64,000 nt of DNA from Plasmodiophora brassicae. Its lineage: Eukaryota. The notes below the pieces were generated by a model. It had not been told where the DNA came from and searched no databases. It saw only the letters and a program-made list of their open reading frames with translations. Position numbers and translations under genes: made by a program. Each line of letters begins with the position of its first letter. The stretch's first letter is position 1. The stretch covers positions 682,001 through 746,000 of the forward strand of contig CP145423.1 of the NCBI GenBank assembly GCA_036867785.1, written 5' to 3'. Positions 32,870-46,700 of the stretch are shown one piece after another.

Positions 32870-33942
32870 GGGGGACCAGCCTGCGGGACGCTGGCGCTGG
32901 GTGGGGGCGACGGAGGACCAGCAGCGGCAGGCCGCTCGGGGCACAGCGCGGAGCGGTGACCAACCTTGTGACAGTGCTGGCACGGAGGTCGCTTGGGGCA
33001 GGACGCAATGAAATGTCCAGCCTCGCGACAATAGTGGCAGACCAAGGGTTGCGCCCCTCCGACCTCGATAGCGTTGACAGCGGCGATCGGATACTTCGGT
33101 TCGAGATGGATCGCCATCTCGAACATCTTGTCGTACTCGGTGTAGTTGTAAATGAAGAGGGCATCAGAAAGTGCAGGGTGCAAGGACATGCGGAACTTTT
33201 CCGCCAAACGGGACGGACTCAGCCTATACAAGGGGTCGAGTTGTTGAACCTTCTTGTACAAGCGCTGGAACTCCCGCGCATGGTGAACCACACTGGAAGT
33301 CTGCTTCAAATTGTCAAAATCGGCTTCGACCCGCTTTAACGACGGCTCCGGAAAATCATGAAGCAGGGCGGATGCCACGTCCGCCATTGACGCGTCCTCG
33401 GAAAGGTCAAGATAAGTCTCCAAGGCGTATCCTTTCAAGGCCGTCGTCAAGATGCATTGCACAGCGTCGGAAAGCGGACTGGTAGACGTTAACGGCGTCT
33501 GGGTGATCCGCGCGAAAGCGGTCAACCAACGCATCGTCGACAGACCGTCCGCCCCCGAAAATCGCGGGATATCGTGGGACTGGACAACAATAGGCGGCGG
33601 CGGCGGCGGGGACACGGGATGCTGCGTCGACGGGGCGACAGAATTCGGCAGAGACGAAGCCACACAAGCGTGGAGAGGCAATAGGGAAGGCACAGCGCTG
33701 ATGACCGGGGGATCCGACGAGTCGTTGCGCACTTCGGGAGACGAGACAGCTGGCGCTGCGGGGGGGCTGGCCCTAGGCAGCGAGCCATGCGCGAATTTCA
33801 ACTGGGCTAAGAGGTCGAGGATCTCCGCCTTCAGGTCGCGCAGCTCGATAGCGCCAGCAACATCCGCCGCAGCTGCAACATCCGGATTCGCGGACGATGG
33901 CGGGTCCGACAACGCCGGAATCAACCCATCACCTCCCGCCAT
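32845..33942 (-). CDS. gag: T1 gag, 365 aa, two CCHC knuckles
   Basis: IPRFSG motif, CHYCREAGHFIASC and CQHCHKVGHRSALC. Confidence 0.92.
   Translation of the reverse strand: MAGGDGLIPALSDPPSSANPDVAAAADVAGAIELRDLKAEILDLLAQLKFAHGSLPRASPPAAPAVSSPEVRNDSSDPPVISAVPSLLPLHACVASSLPNSVAPSTQHPVSPPPPPPIVVQSHDIPRFSGADGLSTMRWLTAFARITQTPLTSTSPLSDAVQCILTTALKGYALETYLDLSEDASMADVASALLHDFPEPSLKRVEADFDNLKQTSSVVHHAREFQRLYKKVQQLDPLYRLSPSRLAEKFRMSLHPALSDALFIYNYTEYDKMFEMAIHLEPKYPIAAVNAIEVGGAQPLVCHYCREAGHFIASCPKRPPCQHCHKVGHRSALCPERPAAAGPPSPPPSASVPQAGPPGNVPGRL
32863..32869 (-). promoter_or_regulatory. -1 ribosomal frameshift slippery heptamer G GGA AAT
   Basis: The gag frame reads PGNV and the -1 frame reads GKCARASVNG into pol. 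GC-rich pairing potential lies immediately downstream. Confidence 0.75.
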
Positions 33943-33957
33943 AGCTGCGATGATACA

Positions 33958-34078
33958 GGGCCGAGACGAGACGAGACGATAGTCGATACGGGCCGAGACG
34001 AGACGAGACGATAGTCGATACGGGCCGAGACGAGACGAGACGATAGTCGATACGGGCCGAGACGAGACGAGACGATAC
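33958..34078. repeat. Tandem ~32-bp repeat (GGGCCGAGACGAGACGAGACGATAGTCGATAC) in the T1 5' UTR
   Basis: Three to four copies read directly. Confidence 0.9.
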
Positions 34079-34909
34079 GCGTACGACCGAAGAGTAGTCG
34101 GTCAAAATGTGACGACAGAGCAAGATGTGTCAACCACACGGATTGACCGACTGAGGTCGGTCCAACGCCGTGGACGTTTATTGTAGTAGTGCGCTGCGGA
34201 GGAGCCCAATTAGGTGCCGGCTGAGTCGCCAAGACAGCGACTCGACCGTGACACTCACGCCCTCCACTGTGTCTCCGGAGTCCGCGACGGGCTCCGGAAG
34301 TCCGCGGTCTATTCTTGGAAGCACACGACTGGTCTGACGGGAACTGCGCATGTCCGGCAAGCGATCGGCGGTCTCGGCGGCCGTGCCATGACAGGGGGTG
34401 ATGACCGTGAACAACATCATAGGTGCTGCTATGCTGTACATATGATACAACAACCACAACAGGCGATGCCCATTCTGCGTTGGGGTCCTCGTAGATAAGC
34501 CCATGTCTCTCCAACAGAGTCACGAACTGCTGTAGGAACTCGCTATGTTCCTTGCTGTACCGCCTCGCCTTACATCGCACTTTGTGAGCGTTGGCCTTCA
34601 GCTTCGTCCTGAAAGGCGCCACCGTGTAGAGCGGGGCTCTATTTATAGCGTCTCGTTCCCTACATCAACGTGCTGCCACCTGACGGTCCTGGACTATATT
34701 TAGACAAACTGCGTGCCCCGATTTAGCACGATGACGTGGCGAGGCTGACGTCGTCGTAACGATGCGATCGATAAACGTCATTCTGTTTTCCGTGTCATCG
34801 TTTGACGTCAAGAGTCTGCAGACACAGGACTACAGTGCGCACTACGTCCAACCACACGTACACGTTACACGTTAACGGGCGGCGGAGCGTCGCAACTGTT
34901 TACAACGTC

Positions 34910-37900
34910 ATGGCATCTCAGTCGCAAGGCGCGAACGTTGGCGGTTTCAAGAGCTCGGCTAACCTCAGCATTCTTCCGCACGCGACGAAGCTGGATTCTA
35001 CGTCGATCCTGAAGTTGCAGGAGCGGTATGATCGCTACTGTGCTGTCGTGACTGACCGCGAAGGACAACGACCCGAGGAAGCTAGGATCAAGCCGCAAGC
35101 AATCCGCTTCTGCTTCACGACGCCACAGCTGACGTCCATTGCACTGAACCACATTTTCCTTCGCAGCGTCGACATGCTGACTGATGAGGAACTCGAAGGG
35201 TGGATCGTCGGCCAGATCAAGAGTCTTCCGGCCAGCCATGGGCTCACGACGCAGGACATCGAGGTCAAGATTTCCAAAGAGCTGTCGATGGACGTGAGCC
35301 TCCCTACGTTGAAGGATCAAGTGCAGTCCATTTTGGATCGGATGACGGAGATCCAGTGGAAGCGCGGATGGCTTCACCTACGCGACACGACCGGTGGACG
35401 TCGAGCACTTGGCCGATTGTTGGTGGACACACTCCAGCCATGGCCATTACGGGACCATGTGCGGCAATGGGTGAAAGACGATAAGTCCAACCGGGAGGGT
35501 GACTTAAAGGGCATCATGAAGCACGCCTTGGAATGGGTCCGATACAAGGTCTTCGTGCAAGGCTCCGCGCAGATCGCGGGAGTGTCGAACAAGACCTGTG
35601 CCGAACTACGCCTTAGTGACAAGAGTCACAAATACCAGGTGACGGTGACATCTGGCGGTCGACGCGTCGCGCAGCATCGCCCGCCACCCTCGAACCGACC
35701 GACCCGTCCGAAGCCCGCTACGGTTCTCGGCACGCAGCCGAACGCTACGAAAGTGGAGGCTCGAGATCCTGAAGCACAAGCGAACGGGAATGCGACAAAG
35801 CGACCGAGGGACGACGACCCTGAGAAGAAGAACGCCGGCAAGATCACTTGCTGGAATTGCGGCGGCGACCACGGGTTGCGAGTCTGCCCAACGAAACCAT
35901 CGAAGGAGCGCTGCATCGAGCGCCTTCGTGCCAATCGCCCTATAAAGGTCCAGAAGACTGACGGGTACACTTGGACTGAGGACGATCTGCAACGGGTAGT
36001 GCTGGAAGGCATGCGCGTTCCCTACGAACTGGATTCGGGCTGTCGTGGTGGAAATATCATACCTGGCCATATCGCTGACCAGTTGAATGATGCCACATTT
36101 CGCGACGTCCAGCCACGAGACATCACTTCCGCAGAGGTCAAGGTCATCGGGACGATCACGAGAATGGTACAAGTTCCAGTCACGACTCTGGATACCGAGG
36201 TTGGCAACCTTAAGCTGTACCATGTGACGTACTACGTCTGCGACACGATTCCAGTGATCCTGTTCGGTGACAATCTTCTATCTGCGCTTGGCATCAACCC
36301 GCATAAGCAGCTGGAGAAGATCATCGCATCAGGATGTACCGAGATGGACACGCTGTCAGGATGTGCGGCAGTCGACGTCGATTCAATCGAGACTGTGCGG
36401 CGCATTGCTGCTAGAATGGCAACGCTTGGAAGTGACTACTTTCAAGCTCCTCAGGAACCAGACTCCGCTGAACCATCTTCAAGTGAAGTCGACCTGGGAC
36501 CAATCAACGTGCACGAGATTGAAACGTCGTGCAATCGAATGGTGCATCAAGCACGCCTGAACGGAATGTCCCGACATGGAGTTGCTCGACTACGTCTGAT
36601 ATTGCGTCGACACCTGAACGAATTCCGTACGCGGCTGGGGCAAGATAAGCCTGTCGATGTCGAACCGATGGTAACGCAGCTGAAGCCGGATGTCTCGCCT
36701 TTAAGAACGACAATAACGAAGTGATTTATTCCGACCGACACCGGCGCGAGACGGCGGCGACGTAACGCTACGTAACAGGGGCTTGCCAAGCCGTTACCGA
36801 CAACTGCGTCAGTGGCGCGGCCTCTGCCGTGGACGTTACGCAGTCGCGCACATTCACGGCGTCACCGTGTGCCGGTGGTACGACATGGTCCTTGACACGC
36901 CCCCTCCAACGGCACGCGGTTGCATGCGGAAGACGGTCGAACGGACGTGTCCCGGCTCGACCGTTGGCTCTGGATCATGGACAACACGGCCTTGCACGTG
37001 CACATATGTCTTGGCTCGTTGACGCGGCACGAGACGGATCGTGGCGTAGCTAGAGATGACATGGACGGCGCGATTTGCTGAGGCTGCTGTCGACGACGAC
37101 AACGCAGGGCACCGGGTCAGGCTCAGGACGACACCGACGCTGAGCGCGCCGGCGGACAACGTTATCTTGAAAGGCGAGTGTGGCAAGCGATTGAGGCCCG
37201 TACGACTGGCGTACGCCTGGCGCTTACGTCCCGGTACTGGTTCTGGATCCCCGTAGGACGACCTGCCTTGCTAGCGCGATCTGCCTTGGCTCTCTGGCGC
37301 GTGGCGCGGACTCGAGCGGGCGATCGTGGCGCGTTGTGCAGAAGCAGGGTCAGGGTAGAGACGCAGTGACCCGGGACTGGCACTGGATGGCACCGGCGCG
37401 CGGGGCGCCGGTGGGCTCGCCGCCTCGAAGCGCGTAGAACGCGTACGACTGTTAATCTAAGAACGACAATAACGAAGTGATTTATTCCGACCGACACCGG
37501 CGCGAGACGGCGGCGACGTAACGCTACGTAACAGGGGCTTGCCAAGCCGTTACCGACAACTGCGTCAGTGGCGCGGCCTCTGCCGTGGACGTTACGCAGT
37601 CGCGCACATTCACGGCGTCACCGTGTGCCGGTGGTACGACATGGTCCTTGACAGCCTTACCGGTGCAAGCCGCGGTTCTGCAACCCGAAGCAGAAGGAAT
37701 TCCTTGACGATATGGTCAAAATGCTCAAGGAGAACGGTCTCATCTACATGAACATGAACTCTCGTTGGGCAAGTCCAGTCTTAGTCGTCAAGAAACCGAA
37801 GGGCGACGGCTACCGCCTATGTGTCGACCTACGCCCGGTCAACGCGCGGTGTGTCCCCACCGCCTGGCCGATGCCTAACGTGGAGGCGGTCACGCGCAAG

Positions 37901-40707
37901 CTTGCTGGCATGACATGCTTCTTCACGATCGACGCGTTCAAAGGCTTCTGGCTAATGCCTTTGGCGAAGAAATGCCAAGAAATGTTCAGCTTCATGACTG
38001 ACGACGCTGTCTATACGCCTACGAGGAGTATTCAAGGAGGCATGAACTCGGCAATTCAATTTCATGCTCGGATGGCAGCGATCTTCGACGACATGAAGGA
38101 CAATCTGCTGATATGGATCGACGACCTCCTTGGATTCGCAAAGTCAGAGGATGACCTGCTACATCAGCTGACGCGGGTTCTTGAGAGATGTCGTGAACGC
38201 AATGTGAAACTGAATCCGGACAAGTGCACGTTATTCGCTCGTGAATTGAAATGGTGCGGGCGAATCTACTCACGTGATGGTGTACGACACGACCCAGAAC
38301 GTATCGAAGCGCTTACGACCATGTCGCGTCCGCGAACTGTCAAGGAGTTGCAGCAGTTCCTGTGGGCGGCCAACTGGATGCGTACTCACATACCCGGCTA
38401 TCCATGTATTATCCGCCCACTACAAGACATCATCGATCGGGCCAACGACGAGTTGAAGCGTATTCGATCCGCAACGCCATCATCGATCACACTTGACGTG
38501 TTGGGTTGGAGTGACCAGCACAACAAGTCATTTACGGACATACGGTTCGCCCTGATTCAACACGTTCAGCTGGCCTACCCGAAGTCGAACTACCAGACAT
38601 GCCTGTTCACCGACGCAAGTGAAACGGCATGGGCAGCTGTCATCACGCAGATCCCGCTGGAGGATATCGACCTGCCTGTTTGCGATCAACGTCACGAACC
38701 TCTCGCGTTCTACGGCAAACGCTTCGCTGGTTCCGAACTACGATGGTCTACGCCGGAGAAGGAGGCGGCCGCGATCATCTACGCTACGGAACGCGGGGAC
38801 TTCCTGCTTCAGACATCACGAGAGTTCCTAATCTATACCGATCATCGCAATCTGACGTTCATTTTCAGTCAGGACTCCGAAATGAAGAAGCACACCGCCC
38901 AGAAGCTGGAACGTTGGGCGTTGCACCTGCAGGAGTTCCGCTATCAGACGAAGAGCATCGCCGGAGAGGACAACGTATGGGCTGACCTGCTGACAAGATG
39001 GGGCGCCGGTCGTATCGCCTTGTCATGTCATGTCGAGCAGCACGCATCATGGAGCTAGACGACTTGCGTGTCACTCCTCGGCAGCATCCTGAGTTTAGCT
39101 GGCCGACGGAGACGGAGATTCGCGATGCACAACGACTACTGTCACGGGACGAGAAGATTGACAATGGCGTCTACTTCGACGAAGTTGATTGTTTGTGGAA
39201 GAACGAGGACAAAGCAGTTCTCATCCCATGCCATTTGGACTGCAAGAGTCTACGACTACGGATCTTGATTATTGGTCATTGCGCAAGCGCTGGTCATCGT
39301 GCGTACGACGTAACCAAGCAGATGATCATGGAGCGCTTTGTCTGGACGAAGATCAGTCAGGACATTCAAGCGATGTGCCAGCAATGCCTGCATTGCATTA
39401 CGACACGCGGTGGTAAGAAAGTTCCTCGACCACTCGGTGAAGCGTTGCATGGCCACAAGCCGTTCGACGTGCTCACCATGGAATACCTCTACGTGGAGCC
39501 TGTCAGGGGCACGGACCACCAGTACAAGTACATCCTGCTCCTGAAGGACGACTTCAGCGGCTACGTACGCCTGATCCCATCAGCTGAGGCGACAAGTCGT
39601 GTTGCTACGGAAGCTCTGAATCAGTGGATTGCTGATTTCGCGACGCCTGAGTACCTGGTCACGGACGGTGGTTCACACTTCACGGCGGAAATCATGGGGG
39701 AGCTTACCAGGTTACGAGATGTTCAGCATCACATCACGACTGCATACTGTCCATGGGCCAATGGCACGGTGGAGCGCGCAAACCGCACTGTGCTCAACGT
39801 CATGCGTTCGATCCTGAACGAGGCCCAGATTACGACGCACAACTGGCCGTACTTATGTCCAGTCGTTCAGCACGTCATTAATCACACGCCAAGTCGACGT
39901 CTCAACGGTTACGCGCCGATCACGGTCGTCACGGGGCGTTCGCCCGAAAGCCCGCTGGACCAGATCTGGGATCCGAAGGAGAGACAATGGCGACGCATAC
40001 CACCTGAAGGATTTGCCAAGTATGTGCCGATGTTGCAAGAGGTCCTCGACGAGATTCACAAGGCTGTTGATGAACCAAAGGCACAACGGCATGCGTCTAA
40101 TGTGCGACAACAGCGACGACGCCTGAACAAGAGCCACTACGAATCGTTCATCGTGGGCGACTACGTGCTCAACGCAAAGCCGGTACCGGGTCCTGCTCAG
40201 AAATTGATAGCCCAGTGGCGAGGCCCATATCGTGTTGTCAAGATGATCAACGATCAAGTGTACGAACTGGAAGACCCGCTCACTGAACGACACTTCAACG
40301 CACACTCACAACGAATTCGACGATACGCTGACGCCGATCTGAACAGGACCGTCGATCTCAAGCGTCATCTCCAGCACGCTGATAACCAGCTGTTGGTGGA
40401 CGATCTACTGGACTGTCGAGTGGATCGAGAAACGCAAGAACTTCAGATCAAGGTTCTATGGTCTGGATTCGACGAGGCGGAAGCAACGTGGGAACCTGCT
40501 CGTGTCATCTACGAAGATGTTCCCGAACTTGTACAAAAGCTTATACGACGTCTCGGGGATGATCATCCGCAAGTGGAGGCGTTACGAGAAATGGCGCCGA
40601 TGCAAAAGCGTACGAATACGGGAAAGCGACAAACGCAACGGAAGCGACGAACAAAACATTTGGTATGGGTGCAAGGTATCCATGATGTACGGTTGTTGGG
40701 TTCATAG
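34910..40707 (+). pseudogene. gag-pol: A2 gag-pol with chromodomain; interrupted by a TRIM and a frameshift near 39030
   Basis: CWNCGGDHGLRVC, ELDSG, LIWIDDLLG, YTDHRNL, CQQCLHC, VLWSGFDEAEATWEP. Confidence 0.9.
36702..37653 (-). mobile_element. Non-autonomous TRIM (952 bp), 196-bp LTRs 36702-36897 and 37458-37653, TSD GCCTT
   Basis: Copia-type PBS and PPT (GGAGGGGGCG), no retroelement ORF. The host rejoins as PDVSP|YRCKPR. Confidence 0.95.
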
Positions 40708-43700
40708 GAATCAACCATCGTATACGCTTCCTACGTTGCGTCGGGACCTAATCACGGACGACGCCACCGTATCGGTTCATGGTGAACGTTACGAAGATGA
40801 TCTAGATCATGGTCTTCTATAGCTGAGGACCGGGTACTCAAAACGTTGGGACTCGCTTCACTGATTTTCATGGACGTCATGGGATCAGTTAACCTGGTTG
40901 TCATGGACGTCATGCAACTATGGTTTATGGCACTCCTATGAGAGGCCAATACGTTCCTCGATGGGTCATGACGGTGACTTCATCGATACCTTACGATCAC
41001 GAGGCAGTCGGCAGCGTCTGTTAGGTTCCTCTTCACCGCAGTTGACTCTGGTCAGGGCGTACTGGCTATCGAGACTCTGTTGCGCTGGGGGTCCACCTAT
41101 GTGGGTCGGCCGCTGAGCTAGGTGAATGATACTTTTCAGATGTATATGGACCGGGCTCCACCTATGTGGGTCGAGCGCACCATCGCTGATGTCTTCGTTG
41201 CACCGATGGTGTTTGGCGGCAAGGGTGTCCGTAAATGGATTTTCCACCGATTTTCCCCATGGGGTTACAACGTGGTTTTTAGTGAGTATTGGGTGATTCC
41301 GAGTCTCACACTACCTTCTGTCAACTTCACCATCTACGTACTACGTGCTCACGATGATTCCGGTCACGAGTTTGGAGAAAGGCAGTGTAGAGCGGAGCTC
41401 TATTTATAGCGTCTCGTTCCCTACATCAACGTGCTGCCACCTGACGGTCCTGGATGTCGAACAACGTATCCACTACGACCAGCAGCACATGCCTGCAGCA
41501 CGTGAACGCCGTCACGCACTCCGCGACTCCGTGCCCGCCGGCGTTGGCAACCGTTACACCGTCGGCGACTACGTCGCCACTGTAACGTCCGCCGCACACG
41601 CCGTACGTAATACATCCACTCCATTATTGTCTTTCTCAGATTAACAGTCGTATAGGCGCAGGCGCTGAGCCTCTACTCGCCATGGCCGAGCGCCAGGCGA
41701 CGCCTAACACGGATGACGACCCGCTGCGTCATCTGTCGCTCGAAGAGATCGACACCCGAATTGCCGAAGCGGAGGCAACGATCGCCAGGCAGGAGATGAT
41801 CGACCGTCTCCGTGTCCTGCAGCAGCAGCTGGCGCGTCCGACCAGCTGTCCATCGACCCCGGCCATGCCGATCATCGCTGAGGCGCACAGCCGAAGCGAC
41901 GCAGGCCGACTGCCCATGCCCAAGTTCGACGGTACTCCCGACTCGTTCACGTCCTGGGTTCAGACAGCTGCACTCTGGTTTCGCAATCGTGGGTACGCGG
42001 ACGTCATCGGGATCAACGAAGATGGCTCGCCGAATGCGACAACCGGTACGGCACACGACCCAGCTCTCGAGGCAGCCGCGCGCGAGATTCTACTCGTCCA
42101 CATGCTGGACCACAAGATCGCGTCCGCGTTGTCTTTGTTTCAGGCAGGCTCGGCTGCCAAGTGCTGGCGCGTGCTGTTCCAGGCGTACAGCCCGTCGTCG
42201 CTGGCATCGGTCGTGCGCGCCGTCCGCGACCTCGTCACGGTCCAGCACATGCCCGGCGAGTCGGTCGCCACGTACGCCGCCCGAGTTCAAGCAGCGGTTC
42301 ATCGCGTCCGGTCGACGGTACCGACCGAGATGCTGTCCCTCACCGACGCATTGGTCGCCGTCCTCATCTTGGCCAACGCATCATCCGATCTCGACGCCGT
42401 CGTCGCTGGCCTGCACAATCGTGCTCTGGACACGCTGCCCAGTGTCTCCGAGGTCGTCGGGTCGTTGACAAGCGAGGAGATCAGGGTCCGGTGCCCATGC
42501 GAAGCCTGCCTCCTCGTCAAAGGTAAGCGTTCCTCATTTCCTCCGAGTAAGTCGCGGGCACTTCGTGTCGGCGATCTCGTGCACAGCGACTTATCCGGAC
42601 GGTGGCCTGTCGTCGGTGTCGGCGGCTTTGAGTACTACCAGACCATGCTGGACGATTCCTCTCGGTACCTGTCCGTCTATCTGCTACGTCGCAAATCGGA
42701 GGCGCTCGACGTCATCAAGCACTATGACGCGCGTCTTCGCAACCAGGAAGGACGTGGTATCCGGACGTTCCAGACTGACGGTGGCGGCGAGTACAACTCC
42801 AAGGCGTGCGTCCTGTTCTACAACGAGTCCGGCATCCTGCACCGCAAATATGTCCCGTACACGCCCGAGCAGAACGGCCGCGCTGAAAGCGTCAACTACA
42901 CGCTCTGCGGTATCGAAAGCTCAATCCGGTGCCACTCTCGCATGCCTGACTCCACGTGGCCCTGGTCGCTGTCCTACTCTGCGATACTGTACAACATCCA
43001 CCCGAGATCAGTCCTTCCCGGGCGTCGCACATCGTTCGAGGCTGCTCGTCGCGCCCTACCTAACATCTCGGCCCTTCGTGTCTACGGTTGCGATGCCTAT
43101 GCCATGCGACCACATCCAGCCACGAAGAAGCCGAGCAAGTTGGAGCCTCGTCGTGTTCGCGCTGTGTTCATCGGTTTCACGCCCGGCATGAAGGCTTGGC
43201 GGTTCTACGACGTGGACCGGGAAGACACGTTCGAGAGCACGACTGCCGAGTTCCTGGAGACCTCGTTCACATTCGGCTTTGGAAGATCCAGCCCTGCTAG
43301 TTCATCATCAGCGCCACCGTCCAGTCCCGAGTTGAGCTCTGCGCCGAACGTTGACACGATCGTCCCGACGCCCGTCTCTTCCGACGCCGTCATGGCACCT
43401 CTACCATCGACGTCAGCATCCCCTCTCGCAGCTGTCAAGGACCATGTCGTACCACCGGCACACGGTGACGCCGTGACTGTGCGCGACTGCGTAACGTCCA
43501 CGGCAGAGGCTCCGCCACTGACGCCGTTGTCGGTAACGGCTTGGCAAGCCCCTGTTACACAGCGTTACGTCGCCACCGTCTCGCGTCGATGTCGGTCGGA
43601 ATAAATCACTTCGTTATCGTCTTCCTCAGATTAACAGTCCTACGCGCTCTACGCGCTTCGAGGCGGCGAGCCCGCCGGCGCCCCGCGCGCCGGTGCCATC

Positions 43701-43711
43701 CAGTGCCAGTC

Positions 43712-46700
43712 CTCGTACACGATCGTCGGACCGGGACGCGGGAAGCCTATCTCGTCCAGGAACGTTCGGATCCAGGCAAGCTGCCGGGTAGCGGCGCACA
43801 ACGATTTAATCTCGGCATGCGTTGATGATAAACTGACCTTAACGGCGCCTAGGTCCTGGCGTCGTGACTGCCAATGAACGGGGCCGCTGGCCATCAGAAT
43901 GACATGGCCGGAGCGGGACCGGCGTGTATCCGGATCGGAGGCCCAGTCAGCATCGGCGTATGCGAGCAAGAGATCCTGCGGTTGACGCTCGTAACGAATG
44001 CCGCGCGTCGTCGTACCCGTGAGGTACTTCAGAACACGTTGGCCCGCGCGCCAGTGAGAGATGCCGGGGTTTGACGAGAACTGGGCCAGCACGTTCGTTA
44101 TGTACGCGATGTCAGGACGGCAGCGATGGGCGAGCCATGTCAGACATCCGATGAGCTTCAGGTATGGTTTGTTCTAATGAAGACGATAACGAAGTGATTT
44201 ATTCCGACCGACATCGGCGCGAGACGGCGGCGACGTAACGCTGTGTAACAGGGGCTTGCCAAGCCGATACCGACAACGGCGTCAGTGGCGGAGCCTCTGC
44301 CGTGGACGTTACGCAGTCGCGCACAGTCACGGCGTCACCGTGTGCCGGTGGTACGACATGATCCTCGACACGCCCCCTCCAACGGCACGCGGTTGCATGC
44401 GGAAGACGGTCGAACGGATGTGTCCCGGCTGGACCTTTGACTCTGGATCATGAACAACACGACCTTGCTCGTGCTCGTATGTCTTGGCTTGTTGACGCGA
44501 CACGAGACGGATCGTGGCGTAGCTAGAGCTGACATGTATGGCGCGATATGCTGGGGCGGAGTCGTCAATGACGACACAGAGAGGAGGACCTGGCTCGGGA
44601 CGACACCGACGCCGAAGGCGCCGGCGGACAACGTTATATCGAGAAGAGGTTGAGGCAAGCGATTGAGGCCCGTACGACCGGCGTACGCCTGGCGCTTACG
44701 TTCCGGTACTGGTTCTGGATTCCCGTAATGACGGCCTGCCTTGCTTGCGCGATCTGCCTCGGCTCTCTGGCGCGTGGCGCGACTGGAGTGGGCGTTCGTG
44801 GCGCGTTGTGCAGAAGCAGGGTCAGGGCAGAGACGCGGTGACGCGGGACTGGCACTGGATGGCACCGGCGCGCGGGGCGCCGGCGGGCTCGCCGCCTCGA
44901 AGCGCGTAGAACGCGTACGACTGTTAATCTAATGAAGACGATAACGAAGTGATTTATTCCGACCGACATCGGCGCGAGACGGCGGCGACGTAACGCTGTG
45001 TAACAGGGGCTTGCCAAGCCGTTACCGACAACGGCGTCAGTGGCGGAGCCTCTGCCGAGGACGTTACGCAGTCGCGCACAGTCACGGCGTCACCGTGTGC
45101 CGGTGGTACGACATGATCCTCGACATGTTCGCCATTTCGTCCCGTTCGATGTCCGATTGGGGACTCATCGACTTGGTCAGATGAACGCCGGGTTGGTGCG
45201 GCGTGTCGACCGGATGACAATTGGACATGTTGAAGTCGTCGAGTACCTTCTCAATGTACTCAGCTTGATCGAGTGTGATGGCGCCTGTGTCAGGGTCGCG
45301 TCGGATCCGCATGCCGAGTAATGTCGATGGTTCACCTTGATCGGTGATCTCGGCCATGGCAGAGAGCTGGACGAGAAGCGATTCTGCGAACACGACGTCG
45401 TTGTACGCCAGCAGGCCGTCGTCGGTGTGCACAGACATGACCTTGAACTTGCCATCGCGGTTGTACCTGAAGACGCACGGGTCCGTGATGATCGTTTCGA
45501 AACCGAGCGAGAGCAGCATATCGCGGAGCGTTTGTACCAACGTTCGGCGCCTTGTTTTGTACCATAAAGAGCCTTCTTGAGTTGACGAACTCGATACGGG
45601 ACATGGTGGTCAGTAAAGCCGTCCGGCTGGCGGATGTAGACATCGTGGAGCATGTCGGCGTTCAGATATGCGGCTACCCAGTCGACCTGTCGAAGATGCA
45701 GGTTGTGCTGAGCTGCGAGCGCTAGAATCACGAGGAACGCGGTGGCACGGGCGGTCGGCGCGAAGGTGTCGTCGAAGTCGATGCCGGGGCGCTGTCTGAA
45801 CCCTTGAGCGCAGAGACGAGCGCTGAACTTACGGATGCCACCGTCGCCACTGAGCGAAGACTTGACCCGGAACACCCACTTGGCGCCAACAGCGATCTTA
45901 CCTTTCGGCAGGTCGATGAGCGGGCCGAACGTGTCCTTGGAGTCCAGCGTTGCCATCTGGGTGAGGGCAGCGTCCCACCAGTGGCCGGCGAACGACGATG
46001 AAAGGGCCTCGGCCATCGTATTACGAACAGGAACATCGATCGCTTTCAGACTCGAGAGATCGGGTCGTGGTAGAGCTGCTGGGTCGATTGGCGCCTGTAT
46101 CTTAACGCGGCAGGCGGAGACAATGCCACCACCACCGGCCGGTCGATGGGAGCGGATGGCCTCGGGGATGAGCCGGCGTTCTTCGACCTGTTGCCAGTGG
46201 TGAATCTGGCGGCGTGATGGGCGTGGCGGACGTTGAATTGGGGCTGTCAGCACTGGGTGCTGGAACCAGGCGTCCACCGTTGACGCCCACCGGGTGGAGG
46301 ACCGGTTTGCCTTCGCGGGACCCTTCCACCATTCGCCCGGTGGTTGACGATGACGTGTAGATCGACGAGGATGCGGCATGTCCAGAACATCGTCGTCGGC
46401 GACGACATCAGCCGCAATATCCATGTCAGCAGGAGAATCAGCACCATCGTTGGCGGACGGCTGAGCGGCGTCAATATCCATGTCAGCAGGAGAATCAGCA
46501 CCAGCGTCGTTGCCGGCCTCCTGATGGTCCTTAACGTCGGCATCAACGATGCTGGATGCACGGTTGCCGTCGTGGTTATCAGCGTCGACAGCAGCGTCGT
46601 TATTAGAATGACCGACGTGGCCGGCGAGATCAGGCAGGGGAGCATGATGGGTATGCGCAGATGGTTGAAGACGATCAGATGACGGAGACTACACGACATT
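43712..46700 (-). pseudogene. pol: Copia subfamily 3 pol fragment (linker, RT, start of RNase H)
   Basis: ORFs 45177-46481, 45082-45540 and 43649-44092 are homologous to, but diverged from, 48401-50494. Confidence 0.88.
44175..45125 (-). mobile_element. TRIM copy, LTRs 44175-44370 and 44930-45125, TSD TGTTC
   Basis: Same structure as 36702-37653; TGTTC on both flanks. Confidence 0.95.

Larger units (their letters stand above)
28454..34253 (-). mobile_element. Intact Tf1/sushi-like chromovirus T1; 146-bp LTRs 28454-28599 and 34108-34253; TSD CTCAC
   Basis: LTRs read identical; PPT AAAAGGGG; CTCAC at 28449-28453 and 34254-34258. Confidence 0.96.
17714..34449 (-). mobile_element. Gypsy family B: 3' LTR 17714-18053 (340 bp); 5' LTR 28305-28453 plus 34259-34449; TSD ACAAC
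   Basis: ACAAC at 17709-17713 and 34450-34454; PPT GAGGAGGGGAG next to 18054; the 5' LTR is split by T1. Confidence 0.92.

Noticed and set aside
33958-34078. CRISPR-like appearance of the short repeats (also 57491-57680 and 1269-1724)
   Set aside because: They are tandem repeats without unique spacers, there are no cas genes, and the context is eukaryotic retroelements.
37425-37460. tRNA-Asn gene
   Set aside because: Only the anticodon-arm-like 17 nt is present, with no T arm or acceptor stem. It is the PBS.
36702-37653. Retrozyme (hammerhead) or Cassandra-like 5S content in the TRIM
   Set aside because: I found no CTGANGA/GAAA core or recognisable 5S boxes by eye. An Rfam search would be decisive.
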